From assembly GCA_048884965.1 (NCBI GenBank), contig JBHLQH010000004.1:64001-128000 (forward strand): 64,000 nt of DNA, given 5' to 3'. A program made the translations under genes and the position numbers. Shown here one piece after another: positions 49,292 to 60,541 of this stretch. The first letter of the stretch is position 1. Each line of letters starts with the position of its first letter. The DNA is from Candidatus Thorarchaeota archaeon. Lineage in GTDB: Archaea > Asgardarchaeota > Thorarchaeia > Thorarchaeales > Thorarchaeaceae. The notes beneath the pieces are model-generated. The model saw nothing but the letters and a program-made list of their open reading frames with translations. It searched no databases and was not told the DNA's origin.

Positions 49292-50782
49292 ATGCCAGAT
49301 GCTGAGATAAAAAATAATGGCAGCATCAACTATCAAGCAAGGAATCGCATCCTTCGCGAGCTGCTCCTCCATACCCATGATGCTATCAGTATTCTATCTC
49401 CAACAGGAGATTATCTTGAGCAGAATCGGGAACATAGAGAGTTATTGGGTTTCGATAACAGGGAACTAATCGGGAACTCCCTATCTATGATAATGTGTGA
49501 GGAGGATTTCAAAAAAGTAACTCACAGCATACAGAATGAAGGAGTGTTCATCGGAAACATCCAGACTGAGAAAGCTGATGGTTCAAGTATTCTTGTCGAG
49601 ATGCATATCTTTGAGATAAGAAATGATGAGGAATCACTTGAATGCCATCTTTCAATATCCAGAGAGCTTACAGAAAGCGATCAGATAAGGAAGGCATTGG
49701 AAGAGAGTGCAAAGAAATATCGAACCTTATTCGAGAATGCCAATGATGCAATATTCCTCATGAAGGATGATGTGTTTATAGAATGCAATGATAGGACTTT
49801 GGAAATGTTCGGATGCACAAGAGAACAAATACTGCAAAATACACCATATCGATTCTCACCATTGACTCAACCTGATGGCAGAGACTCAAAAGAGAAAGCA
49901 TTGGAGAAAATCAATGCGGCATTTGCGGGAGAACCTCAGTTCTTTGAATGGCGTCACATCCAATTCGATGGTACACCCTTTGAAGCAGAAGTAAGCTTGA
50001 ACGCAATCGAGTTTGGTGAGATGCATGTCTTACAGGCCATTGTTAGAGATATCACTGAAAGAAAAGAAGCTGAAAAGACTCTAAAAGCAAGCCATCAACA
50101 ACTGGAAAATGCACAATCAAGAGCTCAATTCTTCAACGATCTGTTATCTCATGACCTTGTAAACATCAACCAAGGCGTGTTGGCAAGTCTAGAACTGATT
50201 TTGATGGATGACCTACCAGAAGGCATTCGTGATTTACTCATGCAGACAGCGGCACAGGTCAAGAGAGGAATCACGGTGATGGCAAATGTAAGGAAAATTT
50301 CCGAGATTGAAAGTGGCGAATCTCCTCTTGTGCCGGTGAACCTTCGAAGTTCCATGAAAATCGCAATTGATCTCGTGTGTCAAAGCTTTCCCGAAAGAGA
50401 GATTGATGTCAGATCGGATATTGATCCAAACCTCCTCTTGGCAGCCGATAGCTTATTGGTGGACCTCATCTACAATATCCTACACAATAGCGTGAAACAT
50501 ACTGCAAATGATCCTGTTATAATTGACGTGAATGTAGAGAATTCGGGAGAGAGTGATTTCATCAAATTGTCAATCGAGGACAATGGAAGAGGAATTCCTG
50601 ATGACATCAAGCCTCTAGTCTTTGATCGTTTTGCAACTGGTAGATATCAGCAATCAGGCATAGGTTTGACCTTGGTCAAGACCATCATTGATCACTATAA
50701 GGGGAAGGTTTTGGTGGAGGATAGAGTAAAAGGAGATCATACTCAGGGAACTCGATTTCTATTCTATATACATAAAGACTAA
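49292..50782 (+). CDS. Two-PAS sensor histidine kinase
   Basis: PAS/PAC x2, [26 protein letters not shown] and SGIGL. Confidence 0.88.
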   Translation: MPDAEIKNNGSINYQARNRILRELLLHTHDAISILSPTGDYLEQNREHRELLGFDNRELIGNSLSMIMCEEDFKKVTHSIQNEGVFIGNIQTEKADGSSILVEMHIFEIRNDEESLECHLSISRELTESDQIRKALEESAKKYRTLFENANDAIFLMKDDVFIECNDRTLEMFGCTREQILQNTPYRFSPLTQPDGRDSKEKALEKINAAFAGEPQFFEWRHIQFDGTPFEAEVSLNAIEFGEMHVLQAIVRDITERKEAEKTLKASHQQLENAQSRAQFFNDLLSHDLVNINQGVLASLELILMDDLPEGIRDLLMQTAAQVKRGITVMANVRKISEIESGESPLVPVNLRSSMKIAIDLVCQSFPEREIDVRSDIDPNLLLAADSLLVDLIYNILHNSVKHTANDPVIIDVNVENSGESDFIKLSIEDNGRGIPDDIKPLVFDRFATGRYQQSGIGLTLVKTIIDHYKGKVLVEDRVKGDHTQGTRFLFYIHKD

Positions 50783-50911
50783 TTGAAAAGGATGTGGAAC
50801 ATACGAGAAAGCAGGGACCTTTATCAGAGCAAGTACAATGTCGCCCTCGGGAGATTCGTAGTCTATGCCCTGCATATTGTAGGCAGTATCCTTTCAGTGG
50901 AGATAGCAACA

Positions 50912-53530
50912 ATGAATAATGAGGAGGTACCTTCACCAACAGAACTCGGTGAAAATGACTCCAGGTATAAAATAATCCTAGATGCCTTGGGGGATGCTAT
51001 TCATGTTGTCGATAGAGATCTGAGAATCATCTACCAGAATCCAGCTTTTACAGAGTGGCTTGGTTCTTTGAATCGGGAGACAATAATTGTTGGAAAGACT
51101 ATTGGAGAAGCGTTCCCCTTCATCTCTGAGGAAACTCTTGATGAGTATAGGAGACTTTTCTCATCGGGTCACACGCATCTTGTGACTGAGAATACAATCC
51201 TTGAGGGAAGAGAAGTCATTACTGAGGTCAGAAAGATACCAGTCACTGAAGATGGGAAAGTTATCCAAATCATCACGCTTCTACGCGATATTACAAAGCA
51301 AATCAAGTCGCAACAGATGATCTCAGAATCTGAAGAGCGATATCGGAGGCTCTATAGAAATCTCTCTGATGCACTTTTTCAAACGGACACCTCGGGTACA
51401 ATTACTATGGCAGGAGAGAGGGCAAAGGCGATTTTCGGGTATGAGAAGGATGAGTTGATTGGGCATCGCTTCACTGAGCTGTTGGCACCTTCTGAGATCC
51501 CTCGAATAATGGAGGTATTCAGAAAACGGCTATCTTCCTTGGAGGACAATCCAGAGGGTATAGAGGCTGAAGGGATGAAGAAAGATGGTACAACCTTTAG
51601 GTTCCATATCACGAATACGATTCTTCTCGATAATGGAAAACCCATTGGCTATCAGTCACTTGTTAGAGATGTGACGGAGATGAAAAGAGCTGAACTCGAG
51701 ATTATGCAAAAAGAGGAGAAATATCGTGCATTATTCGAACAGAATAATGATGCAGTATTCATACTAGGTCAAGAGGGGGAAATGGTTGAATCGAATCATC
51801 GAGCTGAGGAAATTTTTGGATATACTCAATCGGAATTGGAGGGCAGTCCTTTTCGGATGCTCCTTACCGATCTTGATGAGTCCTTTATTCAATACGTCAC
51901 AAACACTCTCGTATCCGAAGAAGAGATGCCAGTTGTCGAACTTGACTTTAAAATGAAGGATGGTACTCGCTTCCCTGGTGAAGTTAGGCTTTCACTTGTA
52001 CGAGATCAAGAGAAACGCCCAATCTACTGCCAAGCAATTGTCAGAAACATTAGCGAACGGAAGAAGAATGAGAGTGCTATCAAGGAAGAACACGACAGAG
52101 CTCAGATGTATCTAGATATAGCTGGAGTTATGCTGGTTGCCTTGAACTCAAAGGGAGAGATTATTCTCCTGAATCAAAAGGGTTGCGAGATCCTTGGGTA
52201 TACAGAAGAGGAGGTCATACTCAAAGATTGGTTCTCCGTGATGGTCCCTCATGATTATCAAGAAGCTACAAGAAATGCTTTCGCACTCCTCATGCAAGGC
52301 AAGGGAGAGGCAGTCACTAGCTTTGAGAATACCGTTGTTACAAAAACAGGGGATATTCGTCTAATCTATTGGCAAAATGAAGTACTAAAGGACAAAGACG
52401 GAAACATCATGGGTACACTCAGCTCGGGCGAGGACATTACTGATAGGAAGAAGATTCTCGATGCCTTGAAGACTGAGAAGAAACGGTATCAGATCCTTTT
52501 CGAAACAGCCCCTATTGCGATTGCTGTAACAACTGATGAGGGAGAGTTATTGGATGCGAATTGGTCATTTCAAGAGTTGCTAGGATACACATTGGAGGAA
52601 TTTCAAAAGCTACCAGTTCGTGACCTATATGCGATTTCTTCGGAACGAGATAGACTCTCTTCAGTCCTTGAAAGTGAGGGCAAAGTCAGAAATTTGGAAA
52701 CAGTACTCAAAAAGAAGGATGGAGAGAAGATAGATGCACTACTGAACGTGGATTATGTCGATTACGATGACAGAATAGTACGACTAACTACAATCCGTGA
52801 CATCACTGAGCTGAATCACACAAGGAAGAAGTTAGAAGAGGCACGAGCGAGAGCTGAATTCTATGCGGATCTACTTGCACACGACTTGAACAATGTGCAT
52901 CAAGGCATTCTGGTAGGTGCTGAGCTTCTTCTTTTAAACGAAAGTCTTGAAGAGGTACCAAGAAACCATGGAATAGCGATTAGGGATCAAGTAGCAAGAG
53001 GGATAGATCTCATTGAAAACGTGAGGAAACTCTCTAGAATGGAAGCAGATACAGCTCCAGCATTAATGGAAGTCGACCTTCACACCATTTTGGCGAATGC
53101 ATTGATGTTAGCACAACATGCATTCCCAATGAAGAATGCTCATTTTGATATAAGATTCAAGCCAGGACAGGTCATTGTATTGGCAGACGAGTTTCTAATT
53201 GATTTGTTCTATAACATGATTCACAATGCAATGAAGTTCGATGTCAGCAATGAAATCGAAATAGCTATTGAGATTAGTAGAGGAGAGAAGGAAGGTTTTG
53301 TCGAAGTTGCCATAATTGATAGCGGGCCAGGTATACCTCCTGATAGAAAAGAGGACCTATTCAGTAGATTGGAAAAAGGGAGGACATTGGGTTCAGGAAT
53401 GGGATTGACACTAGTCAGGCATATCGCAGAGCGGTATGGAGGTAGAACATGGGTAGAGGACAAAGTTCCTGGAGTGCATAACAAGGGCTCAAAGTTTGTA
53501 GTCGAACTTCCAACGTTCAGAGATCCATAA
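50912..53530 (+). CDS. Five-PAS sensor histidine kinase
   Basis: Five PAS/PAC units, LLAHDLNNVHQ, NMIHNAMKF, DSGPGI and GSGMGL. ATG at 50912 preferred. Confidence 0.88.
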   Translation: MNNEEVPSPTELGENDSRYKIILDALGDAIHVVDRDLRIIYQNPAFTEWLGSLNRETIIVGKTIGEAFPFISEETLDEYRRLFSSGHTHLVTENTILEGREVITEVRKIPVTEDGKVIQIITLLRDITKQIKSQQMISESEERYRRLYRNLSDALFQTDTSGTITMAGERAKAIFGYEKDELIGHRFTELLAPSEIPRIMEVFRKRLSSLEDNPEGIEAEGMKKDGTTFRFHITNTILLDNGKPIGYQSLVRDVTEMKRAELEIMQKEEKYRALFEQNNDAVFILGQEGEMVESNHRAEEIFGYTQSELEGSPFRMLLTDLDESFIQYVTNTLVSEEEMPVVELDFKMKDGTRFPGEVRLSLVRDQEKRPIYCQAIVRNISERKKNESAIKEEHDRAQMYLDIAGVMLVALNSKGEIILLNQKGCEILGYTEEEVILKDWFSVMVPHDYQEATRNAFALLMQGKGEAVTSFENTVVTKTGDIRLIYWQNEVLKDKDGNIMGTLSSGEDITDRKKILDALKTEKKRYQILFETAPIAIAVTTDEGELLDANWSFQELLGYTLEEFQKLPVRDLYAISSERDRLSSVLESEGKVRNLETVLKKKDGEKIDALLNVDYVDYDDRIVRLTTIRDITELNHTRKKLEEARARAEFYADLLAHDLNNVHQGILVGAELLLLNESLEEVPRNHGIAIRDQVARGIDLIENVRKLSRMEADTAPALMEVDLHTILANALMLAQHAFPMKNAHFDIRFKPGQVIVLADEFLIDLFYNMIHNAMKFDVSNEIEIAIEISRGEKEGFVEVAIIDSGPGIPPDRKEDLFSRLEKGRTLGSGMGLTLVRHIAERYGGRTWVEDKVPGVHNKGSKFVVELPTFRDP

Positions 53531-53945
53531 GGGTCACAAGGGCTTCTCCTTCAAGAACGATCTTCTTGTCCTGATTGGTACATATCGTCTTCAATCTGAT
53601 GTGCTTCTTCTCATCAATCTTCTCAATGACCTCAACAGTAGTGGTGATCGTATCACCAATACGTACAGGCCGCACGAATCTCATTGATTGCCCAAGATAG
53701 ATTGTACCTGCTCCAGGAAGATGCATGCCAATTGCAGTGCTAATGGAAGCTGCAGTAAGAATACCGTGCGCAATTCGACTCTTGAATAGAGTCTTCTTCG
53801 CCCATTCTTCATTGAAATGAATTGGATTGTAATCGCCGCTAAGCTTCCCAAAGCTTTGTATATCATCTTCAGTTATGGTGTGTACTACTTCAGCACTATC
53901 ACCTATCTTGACATCCTCGTATCTTGTTACACTGATTTCACTCAT
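53517..53945 (-). CDS. MaoC/PhaJ-like (R)-specific enoyl-CoA hydratase
   Basis: FGKLSGDYNPIHFN (hydratase-2 D-x4-H), RIAHG and FVRPVRIGD; ATGA overlap with the upstream gene. Confidence 0.9.
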   Translation of the reverse strand: MSEISVTRYEDVKIGDSAEVVHTITEDDIQSFGKLSGDYNPIHFNEEWAKKTLFKSRIAHGILTAASISTAIGMHLPGAGTIYLGQSMRFVRPVRIGDTITTTVEVIEKIDEKKHIRLKTICTNQDKKIVLEGEALVTLMDL

Positions 53946-54970
53946 ACCTTCCATTCACCCCACTTGATGGTAATTGCATTCCAAGACCATCCGATTCCTG
54001 CAGCTGTAAGAACCACAACATCACCATCCTTTATCTTGCCAGTTTTCAATCCTTCCTCGATAGAAACGATTGCATCATTTTGACCCATATGGCCCCACTC
54101 GTCGAAATACGTTGATTGATCATAGGGATGAATTCCAATCTCTCGCGCCACGTATTCGAACGCACTTCTTTTCATCCTGATCAGACCAAGATAATCAATA
54201 TCGTTTCTGGTATATCCACTTCGTTCAAGGGATTGGTCAATTACCTTAACGAAATTATCCATAGATAATCTATCAAGACGGCCCTTCAAGCCTTCTGGGT
54301 CTGGGACGTTCAAATAGATCAGTCGTTTCTCTATTGCCTCACAGCTTATTGGCATTACCGTCCCACCGGCAGGAACATACACATCCTCGGAGAACTGCCC
54401 ATCAGAGATGACACTGCCCTCTAGGACAACATTATGTGGATAGTCGGCACGAAGAATCATTGCGACTCCACTCGCAGCCAAATCATGCATGAATCGACTT
54501 GAAAGGTTAGAATAATCAATTAGGTCGCAATTGCGATATCCACTCGCGATCAGAACTCGTTTGTAATTGAGAGTGTCCATGAGTGATTTTGCCAATAGCA
54601 TAGCGACAACGAAAGTACCACATCGCTGGTTCACATCAAAAGCCCACGCTTTCACTGCACCTATCTCACCTTGGAGCTTGATGCCATATGTCTGCATTGG
54701 ATGTTCCGCATACACTTCTCCAGCCCATATCACTAAGTCTATGTCTTCTGAAGGATTGATTCCTGCACGGTCGATTGCCACCTTCGCGGCCTTCACGCCC
54801 ATTGCCACAGTATGGTCATCAGGGCCCGGAACAGCCTTGCTCTTCATCCCCATCTTTGAGATGATAACATCCACTGGAGTCCCAGATTGCGAAGAGATGA
54901 ATTCTGCACTATGTCTTTCCTTTGGTATATAGACTCCAACAGATTCGATTCCAATGAGCCTTGAATTCAT
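53942..54970 (-). CDS. FabH-like (3-oxoacyl synthase III, thiolase fold) condensing enzyme
   Basis: GVYIP, IDLVIW, AFDVNQRCG (catalytic Cys), WGHMGQND and LTAAGIGWSW. Confidence 0.85.
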   Translation of the reverse strand: MNSRLIGIESVGVYIPKERHSAEFISSQSGTPVDVIISKMGMKSKAVPGPDDHTVAMGVKAAKVAIDRAGINPSEDIDLVIWAGEVYAEHPMQTYGIKLQGEIGAVKAWAFDVNQRCGTFVVAMLLAKSLMDTLNYKRVLIASGYRNCDLIDYSNLSSRFMHDLAASGVAMILRADYPHNVVLEGSVISDGQFSEDVYVPAGGTVMPISCEAIEKRLIYLNVPDPEGLKGRLDRLSMDNFVKVIDQSLERSGYTRNDIDYLGLIRMKRSAFEYVAREIGIHPYDQSTYFDEWGHMGQNDAIVSIEEGLKTGKIKDGDVVVLTAAGIGWSWNAITIKWGEWKV

Positions 54971-56493
54971 GCTCTCTCCTCCTTCTCTAGCTCACGCTTC
55001 AGTATCTTTCCAGCTGCGCTTTTTGGAAGGGTTTTGCGAATCTCATAATACTTCGGAATTTTATAGCGAGCCAGCTTACCTTCCAGATATTCTCGGATTT
55101 CATCAAGCTCCATAGAGGAGTTCTCTTTAAGGGATACGAAGGCTTTTCCAACCTCCCCCCATTTCTCATCGGGGATACCAATCACAGCAGCTTCCAGAAT
55201 AGCAGGATGCATGTAAAGAACCTCCTCAATCTCCGTAGGAAAGACATTCTCGCCTCCACTGATGTACATGTCCTTCTTCCTTCCTACTATATAGTAGAAG
55301 CCCTCTTCATCAATTATGACCAAATCACCTGTATGTACCCATCCATCTGGTTCAATGGTCTTCGCAGTTTCCTCAGGTTCGTCCCAATAGCCATTGAAAA
55401 TGTGGGGACCTCGTAGAAGCAACTCACCAGCTGAACCAAAAGGAACAGGATTGTTATCATCGTCAACAACCTTGGTATCACAGTGGAAAACCGGAAACCC
55501 AACAGAGCTCGGCTTCCGTTTGATGTCAGATTCAGGGAGGTAGAAATTATTGGGTCCTACCTCTGTTAGACCGTAACCCATCTTGAAGTGTCTACCTTTC
55601 TTCCAATAGTTCTCCATTATTGCTACGGGACAAGGGGCACCTCCACTAATGAAGATGCGAACAGTATCGAATGAGGATGTAGCGAATTCTTTTGCTTGAG
55701 CCATCATCTGAAACATAGTCGGCACTCCAATGACTATACTACACATTTCTCTATCGATAACTTGAAGGGTTTCGCTGGGATTGAAATCTCCCATTAGGAT
55801 GGTACGAGCTCCTAAATGATAGAAGGGCACTAAGAGGACATTCCACCCCCCGGTATGGAATAGCGGAAATAGAAGAGGCTGAGTGTCATCAGAGCGAAGC
55901 TCCCAAGATGTGATTGTGTTCACTGAGTTCCAGAATATTAGCCGGTGTGATAAGATAGCACCCTTAGGGAGACCTGTCGTTCCCCCAGTGAACACGATGA
56001 GATGAGGATCATTGAAATCAAGCTTTTCTCGTTCAATTGGGTCAGCGCTGGTTTCTTTCATCGAGTCACCAAGATCTTGATTCATCAGTATAATCCTACA
56101 TTCAGAAAGTGTGTTTTCTGATGGACGAAATCCCTCTACCAAGTCAGGATCCAGAAAGAGTATTTTGGGGGAGGTCCTTTTGAGAAGATATTCTGTTTCC
56201 GGGGCTGCTAAGCGGACATTGAAGGGGACCATAATAGCTCCTATCTTCCCTGTTGCCAGAAAGAGATCAATCATCTCGATACGGTTCTTGGAATATGCGG
56301 CAATACGGTCACCCTTCCGTACACCGAAATCGTGCAGCATTCGAGAGAGTCTGTTGGCACGATCATCCATGTCGTCATATGTGTACCTTTTCCCCATAGC
56401 ATGATCAAAAATCGCTTCTTTATTGGGGGTCAGTTCCGCTCTTCTCTTGGACCATTGACCAATCCATGCCCAATCTTCGCTTTGGTATGTCAT
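54967..56493 (-). CDS. Acyl-CoA synthetase (fatty-acid-CoA ligase / MenE-like)
   Basis: FTGGTTGLPKG, PLFHTGG, GYGLTE, GWVHTGD, SGGENV and LPKSAAGKILK. Confidence 0.92.
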   Translation of the reverse strand: MTYQSEDWAWIGQWSKRRAELTPNKEAIFDHAMGKRYTYDDMDDRANRLSRMLHDFGVRKGDRIAAYSKNRIEMIDLFLATGKIGAIMVPFNVRLAAPETEYLLKRTSPKILFLDPDLVEGFRPSENTLSECRIILMNQDLGDSMKETSADPIEREKLDFNDPHLIVFTGGTTGLPKGAILSHRLIFWNSVNTITSWELRSDDTQPLLFPLFHTGGWNVLLVPFYHLGARTILMGDFNPSETLQVIDREMCSIVIGVPTMFQMMAQAKEFATSSFDTVRIFISGGAPCPVAIMENYWKKGRHFKMGYGLTEVGPNNFYLPESDIKRKPSSVGFPVFHCDTKVVDDDNNPVPFGSAGELLLRGPHIFNGYWDEPEETAKTIEPDGWVHTGDLVIIDEEGFYYIVGRKKDMYISGGENVFPTEIEEVLYMHPAILEAAVIGIPDEKWGEVGKAFVSLKENSSMELDEIREYLEGKLARYKIPKYYEIRKTLPKSAAGKILKRELEKEERA

Positions 56494-56582
56494 AGCAAGC
56501 TCACTTTTCGATAATAAGCAATTACTAACAATGTTGATTGAAAATCTTGTGGTCTATCAAAGATATACCCATATACAGTTAT

Positions 56583-56598
56583 GTAGTCATTTGACTAC
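56583..56598. promoter_or_regulatory. Palindrome in the divergent promoter of the acyl-CoA operon and a kinase
   Basis: GTAGTCA-tt-TGACTAC, perfect 7-bp arms. Confidence 0.45.
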
Positions 56599-56653
56599 TT
56601 AGATTGTATTCAATGTCCGATTTCTATACCAAAATTCAATTGGATGGCTAGAG

Positions 56654-59635
56654 ATGAACCCCGAAGTGAATCAAAAGGATGCAGACGACCTTCTTAGGTA
56701 TTACGCCCTAGTTGATTCTATGAATGATGCGTTTGGAGTGGTAGATAATAATAGAATTTTCATCTATGTAAACAAGAGATTTGGCGAGTTACTAAACTAT
56801 GCACCGACAGAGATTGTTGGCAGGCATATTACGGATTTTTTGGATGAGAAGAATAGAGGAATCCTTGCAAACAATATTCGAAAGAGGGAACAAGGTCTTT
56901 CATCCCAGTATGAAATTGAATGGACTACTAGCGATGGAAAGCAGATACCGACTATAGTTTCTGGTGCCCCTTTGGTCGATGAGGAAGGAATTCATAGAGG
57001 TTCATATGCAGTAGTCACGGACATCTCAGCTATTAGGTATGCCAGTGAGGCCCTTAAAACCAGCGAAAAGCTATACAGATCAGTCGTAGAAACCATGAAC
57101 GAGGGTCTTCTCCTTGTAGATCCAAATTATATCATCACATACGCAAATCCAAGCTTCTTCAGGATAATGGGTTATAGCGAAGCGGAAGTAATAGGTAGAT
57201 CAATTGTCGATTTCATCCATGAGAACATGAAGGATGAGGTTTCCACTTGGGTCGATCAAAGAAAGACCGAGTTCTCTCAGAATTATGAGATTGCTTGGCA
57301 GTCTAAGGAGGGTAAGATAGTTTATACCTTCACAACACCAAGAGGCATCTTTGATGCCGAGGGAAGTCTATCAGGAATCCTTGGTGTTATTGTGAATATT
57401 ACTGCAAGAAAGGAAGCCGAGGAAGCACTAAAACACTCCGAACAGAGATACAGAGCACTCTTCCAAGAAACTCCAATTGGAATTATTACAACTACTGTTA
57501 AGGGTGATATAAGCGGAATTAACCGCACTGCATTAGAAATCATAGGTTCAGAGTCGGAAGAGCAAACAAGAAAGATCAACATATTCTCTTTTCAACCGCT
57601 CATCGATGTAGGCATTCCTGAAGCGTTCAAACAGGTTATCGAAGAAAAGAGAATCATTGAAGGTGAACTTCGATATCGTTCTAGTTGGGGAAAAGAGGTT
57701 TACTTGCACTACAAGCTCTCACCTATGATTTCTCAGAGTGATACTGTTGATAGTATACTTGTTGTATTTGATGATGTGAGTGAAATACGAAAAGCTGAAG
57801 ATGCCATAAAGCAATCAGAGGATAACTACAGAACACTGGCCGAGAAATCATTGCAAGGCCTCTCAGTTATCCAGAATGGAGTCTATGCATACGTGAATCC
57901 AGCCTTTGCGCAGATAGTTGGGTACTCCCCAGGTGAGATCCTGGCAATGGAGTCAGATGAAGCATGGACCACGTTGATTTATCCAGACGATAGGGCATAT
58001 CTATTGGAACTGGCAAAACTAAGGAATGATGGAAAACCCACTCCCAATCCATATGAATACAGATTGGTACGAAGAGATGGTACAGTTCGTTGGGTAGAGG
58101 CATTTGCTAACAATACCGTTTTTGGCGGAGAGAAAGCAACTCAGATTCATGTGATCGACATTACTGATAGAAAAGTTGCCGAAATGCAATTGAAAGCTTC
58201 GCAAAACATGCTCCAACTTGTTATGAATAACATTCCTCAATTCATCTTCTGGAAAGATACCTCTTCCATCTATATGGGCTGCAATGAGATTTTTGCAAAA
58301 GCTGCAGGTGTAAAGACTCCTGAGAATATTGTTGGAAAGACGGATTTTGACCTTGCATGGAGAAGAGAAGAAGCCGAAACATTTCGTGAAAGCGATCGAG
58401 AAGTGATGGAAACGGGGGAACCCATATACGATATCATTGAACTTCAGCTTCGTGCGGACGGCAGAGAAGCATGGCTAAGGACATCCAAGGTCCCATTATT
58501 GGATGAGCATGGAAATGTTATTGGTGTACTTGGAACTCAAGAAGATGTCACTGAGAAATTGGAAACAGAAGAGGCCATTAGGAAATCCGAAACCAAATAT
58601 CGAACTCTTGCTGAGCAGAGCATTCAAGGACTTACAATCGTTACTACTGATGGATTTGCCTACGTGAATAGGGCGTTCGCAGATATGGTAGGGAGACCTG
58701 TGAAGGCACTCCTTGAGATGGTCGGTGATGAGATTTGGGAGGTCCTACATCCTGAGGATAGACCAATCCTGAAAGAAAGAATGGAAGCTCGAATAGAGAA
58801 ACGAGCGTTGGCTCCTCGCCATGAATATCGAGTCCTACGACCTGACGGTTCCTTGAGATGGCTTGAAGCGTACGCACAAACCATCGACTACCAAGGATTG
58901 GTGGCAATTCAAACAGTATGGGTTGACGTGACTGAGAGACGAAAGGCTGAGAAAGAGGTTCGCACTGAGAAGGACCGGGCAACACTATATCTAGACCTGA
59001 TGGGTCACGATATTCGTCAGCAACTTCAAGTTATCATGAACAGTGCTACGCTTCTCAGGACAGCTACTGAAGAAGATGTGCGGACCTCCTTCTTTGGCAT
59101 CATTGAGGAGGCTGTTCAACGATGCTCCAGACTGATTGAAGAGGTAAGAGCGACAGAGTATTTGATGACACTGCCGATGGCAAGTAAGAATCTTCTTATT
59201 GCAATTCAAGGCTGCATACAAGCTCTCGCACCACACTCAACCTACACACAATTTCACCTGAGCGCGCAAGTGTCGGATGCCATAATCTTGGCAGATGATT
59301 TCCTTGAGTTATTGATAACGAACATATTGATGAATGCAATCGAACATAATCCCAAGAAAGAGAAGAATGTCTGGATTGATATAACGGAAGATCATAACAA
59401 CTACTATGTGATGGTAGCAGATGATGGACCGGGAATAGGCGACAAACGAAAGACCGAGCTCTTTGATATGGCTCGACGGTTTGGTGGAGTAGGATTACAT
59501 CAATCAAACCAGATCATTGAGAAATACGGTGGCAGTATCACTGTGATGGATCGTGTGGAAGGTATGCCGGGGAATGGAGCAAAGTTCCAAATGTCATTCC
59601 CAAAGAATGGGATAACGGATACTAAGAGCCAATAA
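56654..59635 (+). CDS. Six-PAS sensor histidine kinase
   Basis: Six PAS/PAC units, LMGHDIRQQLQ, NILMNAIEH, DDGPGI and FGGVGL. Confidence 0.88.
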   Translation: MNPEVNQKDADDLLRYYALVDSMNDAFGVVDNNRIFIYVNKRFGELLNYAPTEIVGRHITDFLDEKNRGILANNIRKREQGLSSQYEIEWTTSDGKQIPTIVSGAPLVDEEGIHRGSYAVVTDISAIRYASEALKTSEKLYRSVVETMNEGLLLVDPNYIITYANPSFFRIMGYSEAEVIGRSIVDFIHENMKDEVSTWVDQRKTEFSQNYEIAWQSKEGKIVYTFTTPRGIFDAEGSLSGILGVIVNITARKEAEEALKHSEQRYRALFQETPIGIITTTVKGDISGINRTALEIIGSESEEQTRKINIFSFQPLIDVGIPEAFKQVIEEKRIIEGELRYRSSWGKEVYLHYKLSPMISQSDTVDSILVVFDDVSEIRKAEDAIKQSEDNYRTLAEKSLQGLSVIQNGVYAYVNPAFAQIVGYSPGEILAMESDEAWTTLIYPDDRAYLLELAKLRNDGKPTPNPYEYRLVRRDGTVRWVEAFANNTVFGGEKATQIHVIDITDRKVAEMQLKASQNMLQLVMNNIPQFIFWKDTSSIYMGCNEIFAKAAGVKTPENIVGKTDFDLAWRREEAETFRESDREVMETGEPIYDIIELQLRADGREAWLRTSKVPLLDEHGNVIGVLGTQEDVTEKLETEEAIRKSETKYRTLAEQSIQGLTIVTTDGFAYVNRAFADMVGRPVKALLEMVGDEIWEVLHPEDRPILKERMEARIEKRALAPRHEYRVLRPDGSLRWLEAYAQTIDYQGLVAIQTVWVDVTERRKAEKEVRTEKDRATLYLDLMGHDIRQQLQVIMNSATLLRTATEEDVRTSFFGIIEEAVQRCSRLIEEVRATEYLMTLPMASKNLLIAIQGCIQALAPHSTYTQFHLSAQVSDAIILADDFLELLITNILMNAIEHNPKKEKNVWIDITEDHNNYYVMVADDGPGIGDKRKTELFDMARRFGGVGLHQSNQIIEKYGGSITVMDRVEGMPGNGAKFQMSFPKNGITDTKSQ

Positions 59636-60488
59636 TAACCTCGATCTCTTCATCAGATTTAGATCCAATACCCAGATCGACAGCATGCTTGATTTGTGGA
59701 ATCTCCCATACATCCATGTTAAGCCGATTCTCCGCATCATAGCTCTGCAGCATCTTTACACCTTCAACATCAATCGCGACCATATCTCCACTAGCAAGGA
59801 TTACTTCTGAACATTCAACCTGTCCATACATAGGACCTTGGGTCACAAAACACTCTCGAGCATCCATGACGATCAATGATGGACTGAAGTATGATGCCAA
59901 GTCTACGACCTTCTGTTCAAGCTTTCGAGCGTGCATCATTATTCGATCAGTCTTCTTTAGCCAGCCTACGAACAGCTTCATTGCTCCAGTGAAACGGGCT
60001 AGACGATGGGTCTTTAGACAAGGAGCGAGAACTAATGTGCCTGGATTCACAACTGGACTACCAAGAGAACCGGACCTCATATACTTCCCTTTTGGAAACT
60101 TGACCTTGATCCACTTATGCTCCTCAAGAAAAACAAACTCAGCATCCAGAGAGTCTAATACATCAAAGAATCCGATCTTCTCAGCTGTTTCACGTGCAGA
60201 TACTCGGAGTGTGGAGCTATCGATAACCCTCAACTTTCCGGCGCCATTCTCAAGGAGTAATTCTCCCAAAGCCTTGAGGAAATCAGGAGCGGTAGATGCC
60301 GGGTAGGGATCTGCAGTATTGAGATTGGGTTTGATGGTCACCAAGTCCCCTTCCTTTATTACCTTCTTGAATCCCCCGATTAGTTCTACAGCTCTATCGA
60401 TTGATTCCTTCAGATCTCCTGACACGATTACCTTTCCTACAAGAGATTTCCCATTCTCGGAGTACGGTGTTCCCAACATCATTACCAC
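59622..60488 (-). CDS. DUF362 family (Fe-S) protein
   Basis: VTIKPNL, PCLKTH..A.FTGAMK and ILASGDMVAID motifs. Confidence 0.8.
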   Translation of the reverse strand: MVMMLGTPYSENGKSLVGKVIVSGDLKESIDRAVELIGGFKKVIKEGDLVTIKPNLNTADPYPASTAPDFLKALGELLLENGAGKLRVIDSSTLRVSARETAEKIGFFDVLDSLDAEFVFLEEHKWIKVKFPKGKYMRSGSLGSPVVNPGTLVLAPCLKTHRLARFTGAMKLFVGWLKKTDRIMMHARKLEQKVVDLASYFSPSLIVMDARECFVTQGPMYGQVECSEVILASGDMVAIDVEGVKMLQSYDAENRLNMDVWEIPQIKHAVDLGIGSKSDEEIEVIIGS

Positions 60489-60541
60489 TCAGTGTTAGTG
60501 AGTTTATACCAAAATAGTTTGTGAAATAGATGCATTCAATT

